Origin: Octopus sinensis | Lineage: Eukaryota | Direction of reading: 5' to 3' | Length of the DNA: 64,000 bases | NCBI RefSeq assembly: GCF_006345805.1 | Contig: NC_043000.1 | Coordinates: 73,346,001 to 73,410,000 of the forward strand | Shown here: one piece after another, positions 63,215 to 64,000 of the stretch | Position numbering within the stretch: position 1 is the stretch's first letter | Layout: each line of letters begins with the position of its first letter | The notes under the pieces: model-generated | Database searches by the model: none | Told to the model about the DNA's origin: nothing | The model's input: the letters and a program-made list of their open reading frames with translations, nothing else | Made by a program: the position numbers and the translations under genes

Positions 63215-64000
63215 TGAGGTAATCAGAGTATGCGATAGAATACTTAAGATTAGATTAGCGCTTCATCATAGTTTAGCAACCATTATATCAGCCTATGCTC
63301 CTCAGTCGGGGCTACCTGATGGACAGAAAGACTGATTCTATGACACTCTACTGCAGACTACCTCGTTGACGGACGACAGAGACCTTCTCTTTGTGGCTGG
63401 TGACTTCAATGGTCACGTTGGACGACATGCTGGGGGCTTCCATGGCATACATGGAGGCTATGGCTTTGGTTCCCGCAACGAGGAGGGAACCAGGCTGCTG
63501 GAGTTCTGCGATGCAAATAATCTTATGATTTTCAACACTAACTTCAGGAAACCTACCAGCCACCTAGTCACCTACCGATCGGGCCAACATACCAGCCAAA
63601 TTGACTACATCCTTGCCAGGCAAAGGGAGAGATGGCTACTTATAAATGCCAAAACCTTCCCAGGCGAAGAATGTACCCCACAACATAGACTGGTAGTTAG
63701 TGACTTTAGGATCAGGACTAGGAGGACAACCAGAAGACGACCAACATGGAGAAGAAGGATCTGGAAGCTTAAAGATCCTGCGAATGGACAGAGATTTAGA
63801 GACATGCTACTTGAAGCCTTTGACGAAGTAGAAGGGGATAGAGTATCACATGGGGTAGAGGGCAACTGGACGTTTCTAAGGGACAACCTGCTGAGAGCCA
63901 CTGACCAGATCTGTGGCTGGTGCAAAATCCCCTCTCGTCCCAAGGTAACGTGGTGGTGGAACAGTGTTGTAGACAGGGTTATTAGAGAAAAGAGACAGAC
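63215..64000 (+). mobile_element. RTE family A LINE (APE region), runs off window end
   Basis: IISAYAPQSG, AGDFNGHVG, NTNFRK, QIDYIL, QHRLVV. Confidence 0.92.

Overview
AT-rich eukaryotic DNA with many (AT)n, (AC)n and (CAT)n microsatellites. The SINE/LINE repertoire suggests an Octopus (cephalopod) genome; this is inferred from recalled repeat families, not from a search. Most of the window is decayed transposable elements: RTE-type LINEs (two families, both with a PHD-like finger inside the RT), BovB-like LINE tails, a Tx1/L1-type LINE, a Penelope-like element, Ty3/gypsy fragments, mariner and related Tc1-mariner elements, pogo-like, piggyBac, Academ-like, MULE, non-autonomous Helitrons, tRNA-derived SINEs and foldback MITEs. 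No TE ORF is fully intact. Two phase-compatible candidate host exons on + (37595-37752 and 54510-54668), plus a possible 12-nt microexon between them, suggest much of the window is intron of an unidentified gene. There is no CRISPR array, rRNA, true tRNA or prokaryotic system. The most notable observations are a LINE with twin-priming-like 5' inversion geometry, three hammerhead-ribozyme-like loci, the candidate host gene, a templated internal inversion in a LINE, and an Academ-like element with a ~700-bp inverted partner. I found no convincing wholly new biological system. Element boundaries were read by eye and are approximate unless motif coordinates are given.
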